Program-made: the position numbers and the translations under genes
Assembly (NCBI GenBank): GCA_048772705.1
Contig: JBLWGC010000230.1
Coordinates: 186,001-250,000 of the forward strand
DNA length: 64,000 nt
Reading direction: 5' to 3'
Source of the DNA: Leidyana gryllorum EB-2025a
Taxonomy: Eukaryota; Protista; Apicomplexa
The notes under the pieces: generated by a model
Seen by the model: only the letters and a program-made list of their open reading frames with translations
Told to the model about the DNA's origin: nothing
Databases searched by the model: none
Shown: positions 1 through 12,080 of the stretch, piece after piece
Numbering within the stretch: the first letter of the stretch is position 1
Layout: the number at the start of each line of letters is the position of its first letter

Positions 1-717
1 CCAAGAAATCCTCAATGTTCTCGACCGCTGTGGATAACCAAGACAAAGTGGGTATCCGTGTGTTCCAAGGCGAGAGAGAGATGGCCGGAAAGAACAAGTT
101 GTTGGGGCAGTTCGACTTGGTCGGCATCAGTCCGGCCCCACGGGGTGTTCCACAGATCGAAGTGACATTCGACATCGACGCGAACGGTGGGCTTTCTTTC
201 CCCAACATAGAAGCGACTCATCTTCTTTCTTCCAGGAATCCTCCATGTCTCTGCAACCGATCGAGCTACGGGCCGGAGTCAGGACGTTACCATTCAGTCG
301 AGTTCCGGGTTGAGCAAAGAGGAAATCGAAAAGATGATGCGGGAAGCGGAAGAATTCAAAAATCAGGACGAGGCCGCGAAAGAATTGATTTCCACAAAGA
401 ACGACGCTGAGACACTTATTTACCGTTGTGAGCAGCAAATGGTGGATTTTAAGGTGGGTCACGAGGGATGCAGTCTCTCCTCTCATTGCCAGTTATCACA
501 GGACAAATTGACCTCTCACGAGACATCCAAGCTGCAATCTCTCATTGCTGATCTAAGGGCAAATCTGGACAGCTCCGATGGGACTGCTATTCGCGTTACC
601 ATGAAGAGCCTGCAAGAGTGTTCCTGGGATCTGTCAAGAAGATACTACAAGAGTGGTGGCAGCTCCAACAGCAACAACAATGACTCGTCGTCCACTTCGG
701 CGTCTTCTGAGGACTAA
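1..717 (+). CDS. HSPA9: Mitochondrial-type HSP70, C-terminal part (5' truncated by window); introns ~187-235 and ~454-501
   Basis: [23 protein letters not shown] and [19 protein letters not shown]|ILHVSA...[11 protein letters not shown] are DnaK/mtHSP70 substrate-binding signatures. There is no C-terminal EEVD or KDEL. Confidence 0.9.
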
Positions 718-907
718 ACTGCTGCCTGCCTAATCATCTTCCTGTTCCATCTTGGCGGATTGCGCCTCTCGCTGAGGAGCCGAGGCACGTTTGATGGCTG
801 CTGCCACCCAAGCATTTTCGTAGAGGACTCTGTCAGCAATGTCAGACCGGACCTTCTTGTACGGAGCTCTGTGGTGCAGTGAAGAAAAGATTTAGTAGTT
901 TCCAAAG

Positions 908-3900
908 TCAACTCGAGAGTACGTACCTGTAGTGTCTGTTGGGTCCAAAGTATGTTTCTTGCAGGAGATGTCGGTGACGTGCGGCTATGCGCCGACGCAA
1001 CTGAGTGCGCGCGCAGTTCCAATTCACCATCAGATGAGCTTTCACTCTGTTCACACCGCTGAACCTCTCCCGGTCCTCCGCCACCTGTCGAGCTGTTCGG
1101 GTTTGTATTTTTGCTTCCTCAATGCCAACTGTTAACGGTCTTCTCTCTTTGTCAACTGTCAAAGATATCTTAGACGCTGCCGGAACGGCACCATCAGAGT
1201 CTGCTGCTGTGGTCGAGTCATCGTCCTCCGCGTCCTTCCCGGGTTCCAGATCCTCGTACTCTACTCCACTCAGATCAGACTCAGATATGGCCTGAGGGTC
1301 GTAAGTGGGATTGTCAGCGTACTGATAATGGAAGTTGGGGGTGCCCTGCTCGTCCAGTGCTCTGATGACGCGAGTCGACAACGGCCGCATCGGTAGATTC
1401 CGGGGATTTGGGAACGAGTTGGTCTCAATAGCCTTTCCTTTGAGCTTCTGATACTTGTCCAAATCCTCCTTCCACACCGCTGCGTTGTTATCCAAAAAGT
1501 TACGGTACCGAACGGCCTTGCGGATCACATGATGATCCATACCGCCAGCCCGGGCCTTCTCCCAGTAGAGTTTCCACATGTACTCCCGCATCACCTCTTC
1601 CGGGGCATCTCCCATAATGAGCTGTGTCGGGGCGGCCTGAACGATCCGTGCTTCTCCAGTCACTTCGTCTATGATGACGGCGAAGTGTCTCCGATGAGCC
1701 ATCAACGCGTCGACTTTGGGAACTGAGTCCTGGAAGACTCGAGTCAGCCCAAATCTGCGTCCAAACTCGGCCATATCGACTCCAATCAATTGAGTCTCAC
1801 GACCGGCAATCGACTCTCCTTGAGCAACGAACCCGAGAGGGACTCGAGATTGGGGGTCTCTGTCCATTCGCCACTCGGCATTTCGAACTCGCGGCTTCAA
1901 ATTGAATCCGGTCCAATTCTCTTCGCGCAAACCGAGTTCTTCCGCCATCTTCAGTGACTCATTGAAGCTTTCCACTGCTGCATCATTCGTTGGACCCGCA
2001 CTCGTCGCCTTCTTCCGTCGTTTCCGAGTCGAGCCGCCCCCGGCAGCACCGGCGGCTGCGGCGGCCTCCTCCTGGGCCCTCTTCTTCAGCATCAACTGGT
2101 CGAGGGAAGACCCCGGCCACTCGCTAACGGCCTCTGCCTCCTCCTCGGCTTTAGTTTTGTCAGCTTCGCCAGGAGCGATGCGTATGCGATACTTACGGAA
2201 CCGCTGTCTATATACATTGTGACGGCTGATGTACATTCGATCTTCATCTTCAGAGGACTCGTAATCAATCGGAACTGGTGTCTCAGTGGTGCTTTTGAGC
2301 AATTCAAGACCCATTCGGCGGTGTCGATTCACGTCGAAAGCGTTCCTGATTCTCCCAATCCCTCCGCCCAATCGAACAACAACATTCTCTGGTCCATACG
2401 CAGCATGTGCAAAGTTGGTGCTTTCTGGTTTGACGACTAGACGTTTTAACTCCTCGTTCTCGCCAGTCATCTGCTCGTCTTCCGATCTCCCGCACTCACT
2501 ATCTTCCACCTCAATAGCAGTTGCAGCTTGACTGTAACTACTCCCCGCCGCGGCCGCGCCTCCACTCATCGTACCGATAGCACTGATCAGCGTCTCATTG
2601 GCCTCCGAAGTGTTGACAGCGTGATTATGTAACTTCTTTGCCACCAGCGCTCGCAGCGGTCGCGAGTTTGGTCTCAGACGCTTGAGCAGACGTAACGGCT
2701 GTAAGCCACCCGATGCCACAGACACCAACCAATACTGGAAGTCTTCTGCCAAACGCAAGAGATTGTACTGACGTCCAGTGGGCCGACCCATCATTTGAGT
2801 AAGGTTGCCCAAGTACAAACGTCCCTTTTCCTCCACTTTGACGGTAAGGGGGGTTGAGACCTCAAATCTCTTCAGAGCACTGTCGCTTAATAAAACCTCA
2901 TCATCGATGAGCCACTTGAAAGGGTTCGGGGGAGCCATATCTTTGTAGGGATCACCCGTCAAAGGTGTGTTTTGTAGATCGACCGATCGAACCCGTTTAG
3001 GATACTTTTTGGCCATCAAAGTCAGATAGAGAGCCACAATGCTCTTCTCCGGAGGCACCAAATTGCTCTTGGCGTCTTTCCCGAGGTGGAAACGGACCAA
3101 ATCATTGTTGGGACGCCAATGCAGTCTCCACTCTGCTGCACGGCCAGCAGCCACCCATTCCCTCCACTCTGCGCGAGCCACCCTCCGTTTGACCTGTTTC
3201 TCACTGTAGAATCGACTCGATATCGTCTCGGCGTTGTCCTGACGGATGCGGGTGTCATCGCCCCCGTCAGCCAGAATGGCCAGTGAGCGGCCTATCAGAT
3301 ATTGCTGTTGTTCAGCTCTTATCAACTGGCGTCGCACTTTCCGGAGAGTCGCAACGGCAGGAGGGAAGCGGGTGGAGAGACGGCCGTCGTGTTCCTCCTC
3401 ACTGTCGGTGTAGAGGTCAACATCGGGGTCCTTCATTTCCCAGTAAGGCGGGGGGGGCTTTTGGGCAGCGGCAGCTTTTCGAACTTCCTTCAAAAGATTC
3501 TTTGACTCTTCAACAGGTCCTTTGGAAGCGCCTTTGACAGTGACATTCTCCAATGCACCCCCGATGCTCTCAACCAATTCATTCTTGTCCTTTTCGAAAG
3601 CCTCCATGACCTCATCGAAGAAACCGCGTAGTATCTCCTGCTGGCCAGCAGTCTTTGTATAGTGGGGAGTCTTCCAGGCTGACTTGTACACAGAGTCCAG
3701 AGCGGGCCACTTTTCGACTGGGGATACTTTCATTTTGTCGAGGAGATGGCGAGGGTTGGTGGCCTGCGTAGCCTGGATGGTCTGTGTGAGAACGGCACCC
3801 TCTTCTATGTCTTTGGTATAGGCTTGTACCAACGTGAAGTCTCCAACACAGGGGAACTTCCTCGGAGGCGGGATATCGGCAATGATCCTTCCGTTGTCAT

Positions 3901-4138
3901 CCAGAGCGAGAGCTTGGCGCTTTTCTGCGGCGGCTTCCTCTCTGGCGCGCTTGGAAGAGAGAGCGGGGTTAGAAGCTACGGCTGCGTCGACGGCTGCTCT
4001 TTTTCCAGCCTCTCTCACCCTTGTTAAAGCTGACGGAGTGGCTGCTGCTTTGGGTGTGGCTTGGGACGCGCCTCCGCGTTTCCCACGAGCCGCCCCACGG
4101 GCACCACGACCTCCTCGGCCACGACCCCTTGACTCCAT
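908..4138 (-). CDS. Hypothetical 1076-aa protein, probably nuclear (RGG-rich N-terminus, basic NLS-like TRKRRKK, acidic patches)
   Basis: Uninterrupted 3.2-kb ORF starting at ATG. No family confidently recognised. Confidence 0.8.
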   Translation of the reverse strand: MESRGRGRGGRGARGAARGKRGGASQATPKAAATPSALTRVREAGKRAAVDAAVASNPALSSKRAREEAAAEKRQALALDDNGRIIADIPPPRKFPCVGDFTLVQAYTKDIEEGAVLTQTIQATQATNPRHLLDKMKVSPVEKWPALDSVYKSAWKTPHYTKTAGQQEILRGFFDEVMEAFEKDKNELVESIGGALENVTVKGASKGPVEESKNLLKEVRKAAAAQKPPPPYWEMKDPDVDLYTDSEEEHDGRLSTRFPPAVATLRKVRRQLIRAEQQQYLIGRSLAILADGGDDTRIRQDNAETISSRFYSEKQVKRRVARAEWREWVAAGRAAEWRLHWRPNNDLVRFHLGKDAKSNLVPPEKSIVALYLTLMAKKYPKRVRSVDLQNTPLTGDPYKDMAPPNPFKWLIDDEVLLSDSALKRFEVSTPLTVKVEEKGRLYLGNLTQMMGRPTGRQYNLLRLAEDFQYWLVSVASGGLQPLRLLKRLRPNSRPLRALVAKKLHNHAVNTSEANETLISAIGTMSGGAAAAGSSYSQAATAIEVEDSECGRSEDEQMTGENEELKRLVVKPESTNFAHAAYGPENVVVRLGGGIGRIRNAFDVNRHRRMGLELLKSTTETPVPIDYESSEDEDRMYISRHNVYRQRFRKYRIRIAPGEADKTKAEEEAEAVSEWPGSSLDQLMLKKRAQEEAAAAAGAAGGGSTRKRRKKATSAGPTNDAAVESFNESLKMAEELGLREENWTGFNLKPRVRNAEWRMDRDPQSRVPLGFVAQGESIAGRETQLIGVDMAEFGRRFGLTRVFQDSVPKVDALMAHRRHFAVIIDEVTGEARIVQAAPTQLIMGDAPEEVMREYMWKLYWEKARAGGMDHHVIRKAVRYRNFLDNNAAVWKEDLDKYQKLKGKAIETNSFPNPRNLPMRPLSTRVIRALDEQGTPNFHYQYADNPTYDPQAISESDLSGVEYEDLEPGKDAEDDDSTTAADSDGAVPAASKISLTVDKERRPLTVGIEEAKIQTRTARQVAEDRERFSGVNRVKAHLMVNWNCARTQLRRRIAARHRHLLQETYFGPNRHYRYVLSS

Positions 4139-4184
4139 AAGAAAAATTTATTTGAATCAGTCCTCATAGTTAGTTACATCCACT

Positions 4185-5199
4185 ATGGCTCCTCTGGCTG
4201 CTGAGTTGCTCAAGGCAGGACGTTACACTGAAGATGATCGTTTACAGCAGGACGAGCTCATCTGTGACGGAATCCGGATCAAATGCTTAACAGCTCAAGA
4301 TGCCGAGTTTATTCGCAGTTTCCCCAAACTGGAAACGCTCGCACTCAACGCGACTGGACTGCTCTCCATAGAAGACTTTCCCCCTATCCCAGCTGTACAG
4401 TTCCTCGAACTAACTGACAATGCTCTCGTTGCCAATAAGATCCAGCACATCCCCACTTTATTCCCCAATCTCAAGTCTCTGTCCCTCGGCGGTAACCGCA
4501 TCAATGATCTCCAAATAGTCATCGATATCATCGTAAGCCCCGATTCGAGCAGATGTTAGTGAGCCATTGTCGCAGCGAGCAATCCCTACGCTGGAAGACG
4601 TCGATCTCGAGCTGAACCCCATGACGAGCTCTAAGGGAGACGCCGAACGGGTCCGACACACTCTCTTCAACACCCTGCCCCAGTTGAAGGTCGTCAACGG
4701 GATGGATGTTCAGGGCAACCCGGTCAGCGACGACGAGGAAGACGACGATGACGAAGACGAGAATGACGAGCCGGTCGAGGGACTGGTGAATGATGAAGAC
4801 GAGATTGACAGTAAGCGCAAACAAGGGACAGGAGAACCGAGCCTGATCAATGATAGTGTGCTAGAGGGCAAATCGTCCGACCGGACTTCTCGGCCACAGA
4901 CTTTGTTGGAGGAATTTTACGGAAAGGTAAACTTGGGCTCCTTCGATTGAGTGGAACCGCTTCGAAAATCTCAGACCTACAAGGATGATGAAGACGACGA
5001 CGAAGATGAAGAAGAAGATTTCAATCCCGACAGTTGCAGCGACGACTCGGAGGACACTTCCGAAGAGGAGGAAGAAGATGAGGATAATGAAGGCGGCGAT
5101 GTTAAGGACGAGAAATCAGACGATGGTGACTCTGTTAAGAGGAAGACTGAGCCGTCATCATCAACCGCTGACCAGAAAAAGCGTCGATTGAATGAATGA
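4185..5199 (+). CDS. ANP32: ANP32-like acidic leucine-rich nuclear phosphoprotein; introns 4533-4575 and 4927-4974
   Basis: LRRs (FPKLETLALN, FLELTDN, FPNLKSLSLGGNRI), LRR cap (LFNTLPQLKVVNGMD), D/E-rich tail and C-terminal KKRRL NLS. Confidence 0.85.
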
Positions 5200-5220
5200 A
5201 AACTGGGGTGCCTGGCTGAT

Positions 5221-5242
5221 TGGCCGGCCGGCCGGCCGGCCA
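5221..5242. repeat. Perfect 22-bp GC-rich palindrome tggccggccggccggccggcca between convergent genes
   Basis: Read directly; it is a (GGCC)n-type self-complementary tract. Confidence 0.9.
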
Positions 5243-5328
5243 GACCGTCAGTCAAATAATCCTCCGTCGATCGATCGGTCGGTCAGTCAGTCAGCAGTCT
5301 GTCTGTCCGTCCTGCACTGTCGTCTCAG

Positions 5329-7560
5329 TCACCCAACTGTCGTCGGAGACGTCGGAGAGCCCCACGCCCAAACGACGAGACTTCTCAGTAGGATCACATG
5401 GATGAATAGCAAGTAGAAAAAGGCTACAGCCCGGGTTGAAGGAGCTCTCGCGAGACTTTCAGACGCGAACCTGCTCACCAAAGAAATAAGACCGGCGTAT
5501 GGCTTCCCAAATCTCACCGAACTCTCCAATCAATCCATTGATATATAGCGCTCTTCCGTGTTTGGGCACCGATCTTTCGTAAACGTCGACTTATCGCATC
5601 CGCTGCCCCGGCCCGCATCACCCTTAGTAACAGCCCGTCCACCCAAGATAATATGTCACCCTCGTCGGTATAAAGAACACCACCCACTGATCGTTGTTGA
5701 TTATTATTGAGCTGTTGTGCTCGTAACGAGGCCAACTCGCACACCAGCGCCTCCACTCGCTCAGACTTGGCCGCCAGCCGAGCCTCCAAGACTGCGATTG
5801 TAGATCGCTGATCTTCACTCGGTAAAGCAGCTGACGTTGTGCTCGCCGCGTCCAGCATGCACGGCTGTCCCGAGGGGGAGCTCAAGGACGCCGCTGCCAA
5901 CGCCTCCCTCAGTTGCAATATAGTGGCCTGCGGAGAGAGGGGAGGGTGATCGATTATCAAAGCTCCAAACCTTGACGCTTCTCACCTGAGCGTCCTGATT
6001 TTGGCGTTGTATCATCCTCAGCTCGCCGCGGGCACCGGCCAACGCCCCCTCAGTATCCCGCAAACGATCACGTAGTCCCAGCGTTTCACTCTGGGCTTGG
6101 CGCCACATATTTGAAGGGTCGGTGGTGACTCCCAATTCTTTGCCCAACGTCTCCATTGCTGACACGCGAACCCGCAGTGTCGCGTTTTGGGCTGATACCT
6201 TCTGAAGTTCCACTTCGAGGGCGGCCTTGGCATTCTCGGCCAGATCTCTCAGTTGCTGAAATTCTTGCTGGTTTCTGGTTGCGACAGCAACCTCGCCCTG
6301 CCAGCGTTCCAGATCGGCGGCGTAACGCGTCTCAACTTCCTCCAGAGTCGACTGTAACTCATCACGTTCCGCGGCCACCGCTTCTACAGCCTTTTTGATC
6401 TTTTCACCCTCCAGTTTGAGTGTATGATCGGCCGATTCTCGGTCGGCTGCTTGTTGCGCCTGGGCCTCCAACTGGTTTTGAGCCTCCCTTAACGCCTTCC
6501 GAAGATCACTCAGACGTTTTTCGTTCTCCTTGGAAGATGCCTCGAGTTCCTGTTGCAGCTCGACAGTGACTTGCCTCGCCACCCGCTCAGTGGCACTCCC
6601 AATTTCGCGTTCCAGAGCTTTGACCTCCTGCTCCCGAGCGGCCAGCACCTGTTTCAAACGCTGTACTTCTTCGGTGAGAGCCAACTCGTTCTCTCTGGCT
6701 GTACACAGAGCTTCTTCAGTCTGCATCATCTGAGTGTGCAGCCGATTGATGACCTCCATCTGCTGATGAACTCGCTCGTCCACGCCTTCAACATCGGAGC
6801 CTTCAAGTGCCATTGTGTTTGGCGGCGGTGGTGGGACCTGCAGGGCTGGTGGTGACACTGGAGGCGGCGCCTCAGCGGGAACTTTCGGCGGAGGCTCCGC
6901 AATGATCCCAAAGTCTCCCATGACAACGCCCGGGGGACTCCGATTAGCGTCTTCCTCATCGGCCACATTTATAAACTCGGTGATCCGGGCACCCAGTTCA
7001 CGCAAGCGAGGCGGCTCTCTGGTCACTTGTGAGGCAGCTGAGACTCAAAGGTGTGTTAGAGAGAGAGGTGATGTTGAGGTACCCTCACCGGCGAGGAAGG
7101 AGGTCGCGGCACCTGACGCCTTTCCCCAGAAGGATAGAGATGTTGGCGGTCCCGATTTGTTGGTTCCAGTTTCTGCAGAGGCAGTACCTGAATCTGCGTT
7201 GAATGAGACTCCGAGGGGAAGTTGATGAGGTCCTGAGACCTCCTCAGACCGAGTTTGGAGTGGATTCGCGGAAGAAGAAGAAGAATCAGGAGGAGGAGCT
7301 TCGCTTGCAGGTCGTGGGAGAGAGCTGCCGTCACTCAGGAGGTTGCGGTCCAAGTCATCAGTAGCGAGTTGTTGTGATGCGTCATCATCAACAACTGGGG
7401 TTTCTATTGCATTTAACATGTCACCCTCGTCTGGTGCTTCGTCTTCCTGTTCACGAACTGTGGGGGAGTCTCCTGCAACAGTATCTACGTCCCCGTCTAG
7501 GGGAATGCTGACTAGTAGTTTATCATTTGCATCCAATGTTGCCTCAACTTGAGGGAGCAT
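5329..7560 (-). CDS. Tail-anchored coiled-coil golgin, golgin-84/CASP-like; introns 7038-7088, 5928-5985 and 5471-5517
   Basis: Disordered N-terminus and long E/Q/A/R coiled coil. The spliced C-terminus RAPSTRAVAFFYLLFIHVILL is a TM with the Y-x4-H pattern of golgin-84/CASP anchors. Confidence 0.65.
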
Positions 7561-7582
7561 TTGTTGTCAAAAACAATCAAAG

Positions 7583-9083
7583 TTACGCAACTTCTGGTGG
7601 CATTGTACCAAACGCATCGTCCAAGTCCGAATAAGCTTCCGGCGGGGGACATTTACATATTGAGTCGTACGGTAGCCTTTCCACAAGCAACTCCCCGCGC
7701 TCCAGTACACCACCAGCCTTCTGTCTCAGTGCCACAGCGTCTCTGTATTCTTGCGGCCATTGGCTGCCGACGGCAGGAGCGGCAGGTAAGTCTCCCCAAT
7801 ACGGGCCCCAATGAAGTACTACGTCCACCATCTCGCCATTCGTATCGGCACGCAACAAACGGCCCTCGTGGCCGCGATAGCTTCCCAACACTACACGCAC
7901 CCATCTACCGGGCCGAGGCACTACAGACTCCAGAAACATTTTGTTCACTCGCAGTCGCTTCTTCTTCTCTTCTCCTTCGATTTTCAGTAGAGAAACAACC
8001 ACATCTTTCCCTTCGACTCTTTCAATTATACCCTTACGCCGATGGAATTCCCAATCTGGTTTCATGATCCTTACGACCAATTCGTTCGAAACCCATTCGT
8101 CGTCGTCCTCCAAGGGGTGCACCGGAAAGTCGGCCTCGTCGACCACATTCTTTTCTTGATCTGCGGCTTTCCAGTCATCTATACCATGTTTACATCCTTT
8201 CTGGGGCAGCAGCTGGTCCAATACAGATCGGGGACGCTTGCTGGTAGTAACGGCTGCCTTGGCACTGCCATCGTCAGCATCAAAGAGAGGTACGAGTGAC
8301 GATGTACTGCGACTGCTTCGCCGCGATCCATCATCCTGCTGACCACCTTTCGACAAAGTGATCTTTACAGGGGATACTTTATCCCCGTTCCGCTGCAACT
8401 CAGTGGCCATTAGTTCCTTTTCGCGCCGAATTCTCTCTTCCCTCTCTTTCGCAGCCTCTTCCACCACTTTCTGCAATCGCTGTTCAGCCAAGTCCTCCGC
8501 CTGGAGCTCAGCGCGCTGACTCTTGGCCAACAGCTTCTCCCTTGCGATTTTATCGGGGTCGATGAACGTCAGGTAGAAACCACGAGGCGATTCTTCAACT
8601 TTACATTTACCACTCCGTCCGAGGTACCGTACGAATTCCGATAAAGTCACCCATACAGTAGCGTTCATGTGGACGTGCTGCTTGTTAGCAATCAACTCGC
8701 AATATACCGTGTTGGCCAAAACTCGTGTGCGGCAATATCTGCAAGAGCACAAACACATTTCCAGAAGGTCACGCCGCAAAGTCACCACCCACCGAGTGCG
8801 CATAAACCGCATAAAGTCGTTCTCGAATTGACGGCTGAACTCGTCCATGAAGCGGCCGGGGCGTTGTGCGAATACCTGCATCTGCCGTGCATGGCTTTCG
8901 GACATCATGTGGCACTGTCATTAGTAGCGTGATAGACCTGATAGTTTGGCGGCTTACCTTGAACCCATTCTCGTCACGGCACTGTTTCTCACACATCTGA
9001 CAGTACCATCGGAGTCTTTGAAGACCCTTTGACTTCATCTTGTTGCTCAACCATTTGATTGAGCCAGGTTCAGCACGTGGCAT
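7583..9083 (-). CDS. KIN: KIN17 DNA/RNA-binding protein; introns 8915-8957 and 8739-8792
   Basis: KGLQRLRWYCQMCEKQCRDENGFK|CHMMSESH zinc finger, HVHMNATVWVTLSEFVRYLG, and C-terminal KOW-like motifs. Confidence 0.95.
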
Positions 9084-9097
9084 GAGCCAAAAAATCG

Positions 9098-12068
9098 ATG
9101 CTACTTCACAGCTCACACTCCGAGTCCGAAAGGGATGTTACTCCGACAACCTCTCGGCCACAATCTCCAGCATTAACACTCACACTGCCGCGAGATGAGA
9201 CTGCTAAAGAGCCCATTGAACGAGACAGCTATCCCACCACCACTCTTGTTGCTCCGCTAGCAACCCAAAGCGACAATTCAGCAACTTCTCTCGTCAAGGT
9301 GGACTCGGAGTTGAGCCTCACTGAAGAAGAGAATGCAGTCGTCGATGGCAACGGCACAGCTCAGAACGCATCAGGAAATAGCGTCGATCACGAAAGCCCC
9401 ATAATGTCTGCTGAAGGTCGTCACCAATTGACAGAAGAGATTATAGAGAAGGTTCGGGACCCCACTCCCACAGACTTACATCCAGACGCTTTGGATTCGG
9501 ATGAGAGAGACGACCAGCGTCCGGCCGCTACGCTGGTGACTGAAGTTCAGGTCTCACAGCAAATGACTTCCATCGACTCCCCCCCTCTCGAGATGGAAGA
9601 GGAGACCTCGCCTCCACACGGAGATCACCCTCCTGCGGCTGCGCCCGAGGAGCAAAACATCATCAATTCAGACCCAATGATCCAAACCGACTCACCGCCT
9701 CTCAACAATGTCGTTGAGGAAGCTGCCGCGACCTCTGGTCCCCCGACTGTCTCCGGTCCCCAGACTGTCTCCGGTCACTCGGCCGCAACGGCACTCGGCG
9801 TGAGAGGCGAAGGTCCAGAAGTGGGTGCTGACGCAACAGAGGCTCCAGTGACGGTGGAGCCGATCATTGGCGCCTCAGCGGAACGAATATATGAGGGCGT
9901 CGCCGCAGTTATCAATAAAGAGGTCGATGAGGGAGGCGAGCTATCGATTCCCGATGACAGAAATCGATCTACCACAGACTTTGGTGGCACATCAGTACCT
10001 GGGGAGCCCACGGGATCCGTTGTTGAGTCGTCGGCCTCGCTGTTCGGCCACGCTGCCGAAGGGTGGGACGCTGTCAAGAACTCATCCATTCCCCCTCCTG
10101 AGCCCCTGTCTACTCGGGAGCCCAGCCCACCGATACCCCCCGCTCCTGCCCGTGCACCAGAGGCTGATCCCAGTCCCAAGCCGCCTCCGCCAAGTTCTCA
10201 GCTGTGTGAGCGCTTTGAAGCGAATCATCGCGTTGGGCCCACAATGCTTAGAGTGATCGACGAAGAAGGCTCGAGTTTCCCGCCCTCTCGGCGATCTCCT
10301 ATGAATACTCCACCGACCGAACGTGTCGCTGATACGTCTCTGCCCCCTCCCCAACCAGAGACGGAGAAGTCGAGTCGGGGGGTGACTCCTCCCCCACCGC
10401 CCGGGCCCCGAACATTGGCATCTGAGCTACGGGCGTGCCTAAATGCCGACCCCCTTCGTTGTTGGACGGCTGACGATGATCCTCTAATAATTGATCTTCT
10501 CAAGTTGCTTGGGAAAGTGGCCTCCGCGAGGCACAAAGCCAACCCGCAATATAAGCAGACGGCGGAGGGACGATGTGCGCGTCTGGAAGGAATGGTGGCG
10601 CTGTCTAAGCAACGGTTCAATGAGTTGCAGAATGTGGTAAGTAGTCGAGGAGGAGGGTAGTGACCTTTTGATCATCGATGTGTGTCAGATCAAAGAGCTT
10701 CGAGAAGAAATTGCTCTGAAAGACTCCAAGTTGGAGAGGAACGAATTGGAGACGGCACGAATGCGACTGGAATGCGAAATGACAGATAAACTGAAAGCTC
10801 AATTGTGCACCTATCGAGCCCCAGACGGTGATGCGTTTGCGGGTGGAGTGGCCAAAGCCGATCTGGAGGTGACAGTTCAGGGCACGTCCTGGATATATGG
10901 GCATTTCAAAGGTCACGACAGATGGTGGAAGCGGGACGAGCTGCCAGAAACCTTTGCGCAGGAAATCAAGAAGAATGTTTTGGTGACGGAAGAGTCTCTG
11001 AGTGAAGCGCGGCTGGAGTACGAAAGGTTACAGGAGAAGTTGACTCTGACGGAGATCCACCTGAAGGCTTCCCAAGAGAAACGTGTGAGTCAGGCGCAAA
11101 GCTCTGTCGGTACTCCCCCGAGTCGTGGTGTTGCGCCTCCTACGCCGAGATCGAACGACGAACTGAGTGCAGAGTTGCGTGGGGAGATTAAAGGCTTGCA
11201 GAGGCGGAATGAAGTTTTACAAAAACAGGTGACGGCTCTGGAGAGACGGCTGCTCGCGACTGAGGAGGAGAAGATCCGTTTGTGCGAGCGACTCACTCAG
11301 GTAAGCCGGCGAGGCCATGTTTGACTCAACCATTATCAGTCTCCGAGCCCGAACGAGAGTGTCACTGAGCGAGATGCCGCCGACTCGGCGGCGGATTCTT
11401 TGCGACGGCTACAAGCGCTGGTCGCCCATAAGGATCGGACGATTCAAAGGCTGCAAGCTCAATTGAACTCGCGTCCTCCGTCAGGTATCCCATCGGGAGC
11501 CGCTCGATCATCGGTGTCTCCGCCTGCCCCGGCGCGTACGGAAACAATGCCGCAAGAAGAGGGGCCTTCGGAGGACGTGAGTCAACCGCCGAGTCGATCG
11601 AATCCGTCGTCTGAGAGTCCCATTTTATCGCTCGCGTCTCTTCAAAACAAGGTGAGATCTGTGGGGTGGTGGAGTGAGCGGTGCGTTGTTGCAGTATTCT
11701 ATGCTCAAGGAGCAATATCAAGCACTGATGTCGGTAGTTCAGTCGTCTAACCCCGTAAGTGGAGGCGGCCGCGCGTTGTCTGTATATATATATGGGTGTT
11801 TTAATATCAGAATGACGAGATTGAGCGGAGAATCTACCTAAGAAACACTCTTATTCACTTTCTGGAGAGCGATCCCGTGGGTGCCGCTGATCATGAGGGC
11901 TTAATCCCGGTGATTATGCGATTGTTAATGCTCAATCCGTAAGCGTGTCGGAGGTTCGTTGAGATGTGTCTCTCAATCTCTCTCTTTCTCCCTTTTTACA
12001 GTGAAGAGATTCAACGGATAGAGTCGAAACGGCCCAAGCCTGGACTTCTTCGCAAATTCAATCTATAG
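9098..12068 (+). CDS. GRIP-domain golgin (disordered N-terminus, coiled coil); multi-exon, start codon uncertain
   Basis: Last exons read IYLRNTLIHFLES...EGLIPVIMRLLMLNP|EEIQRI, matching the GRIP consensus. Coiled-coil exons lie at 10690-11460. Confidence 0.75.
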
Positions 12069-12080
12069 GTTCTCAGCTGT

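Noticed and set aside
5221-5300. GGCC palindrome and (GTCA)n as a terminator or mobile element end
   Set aside because: These are simple tetranucleotide repeats with no TIR partner, TSD or transposase.
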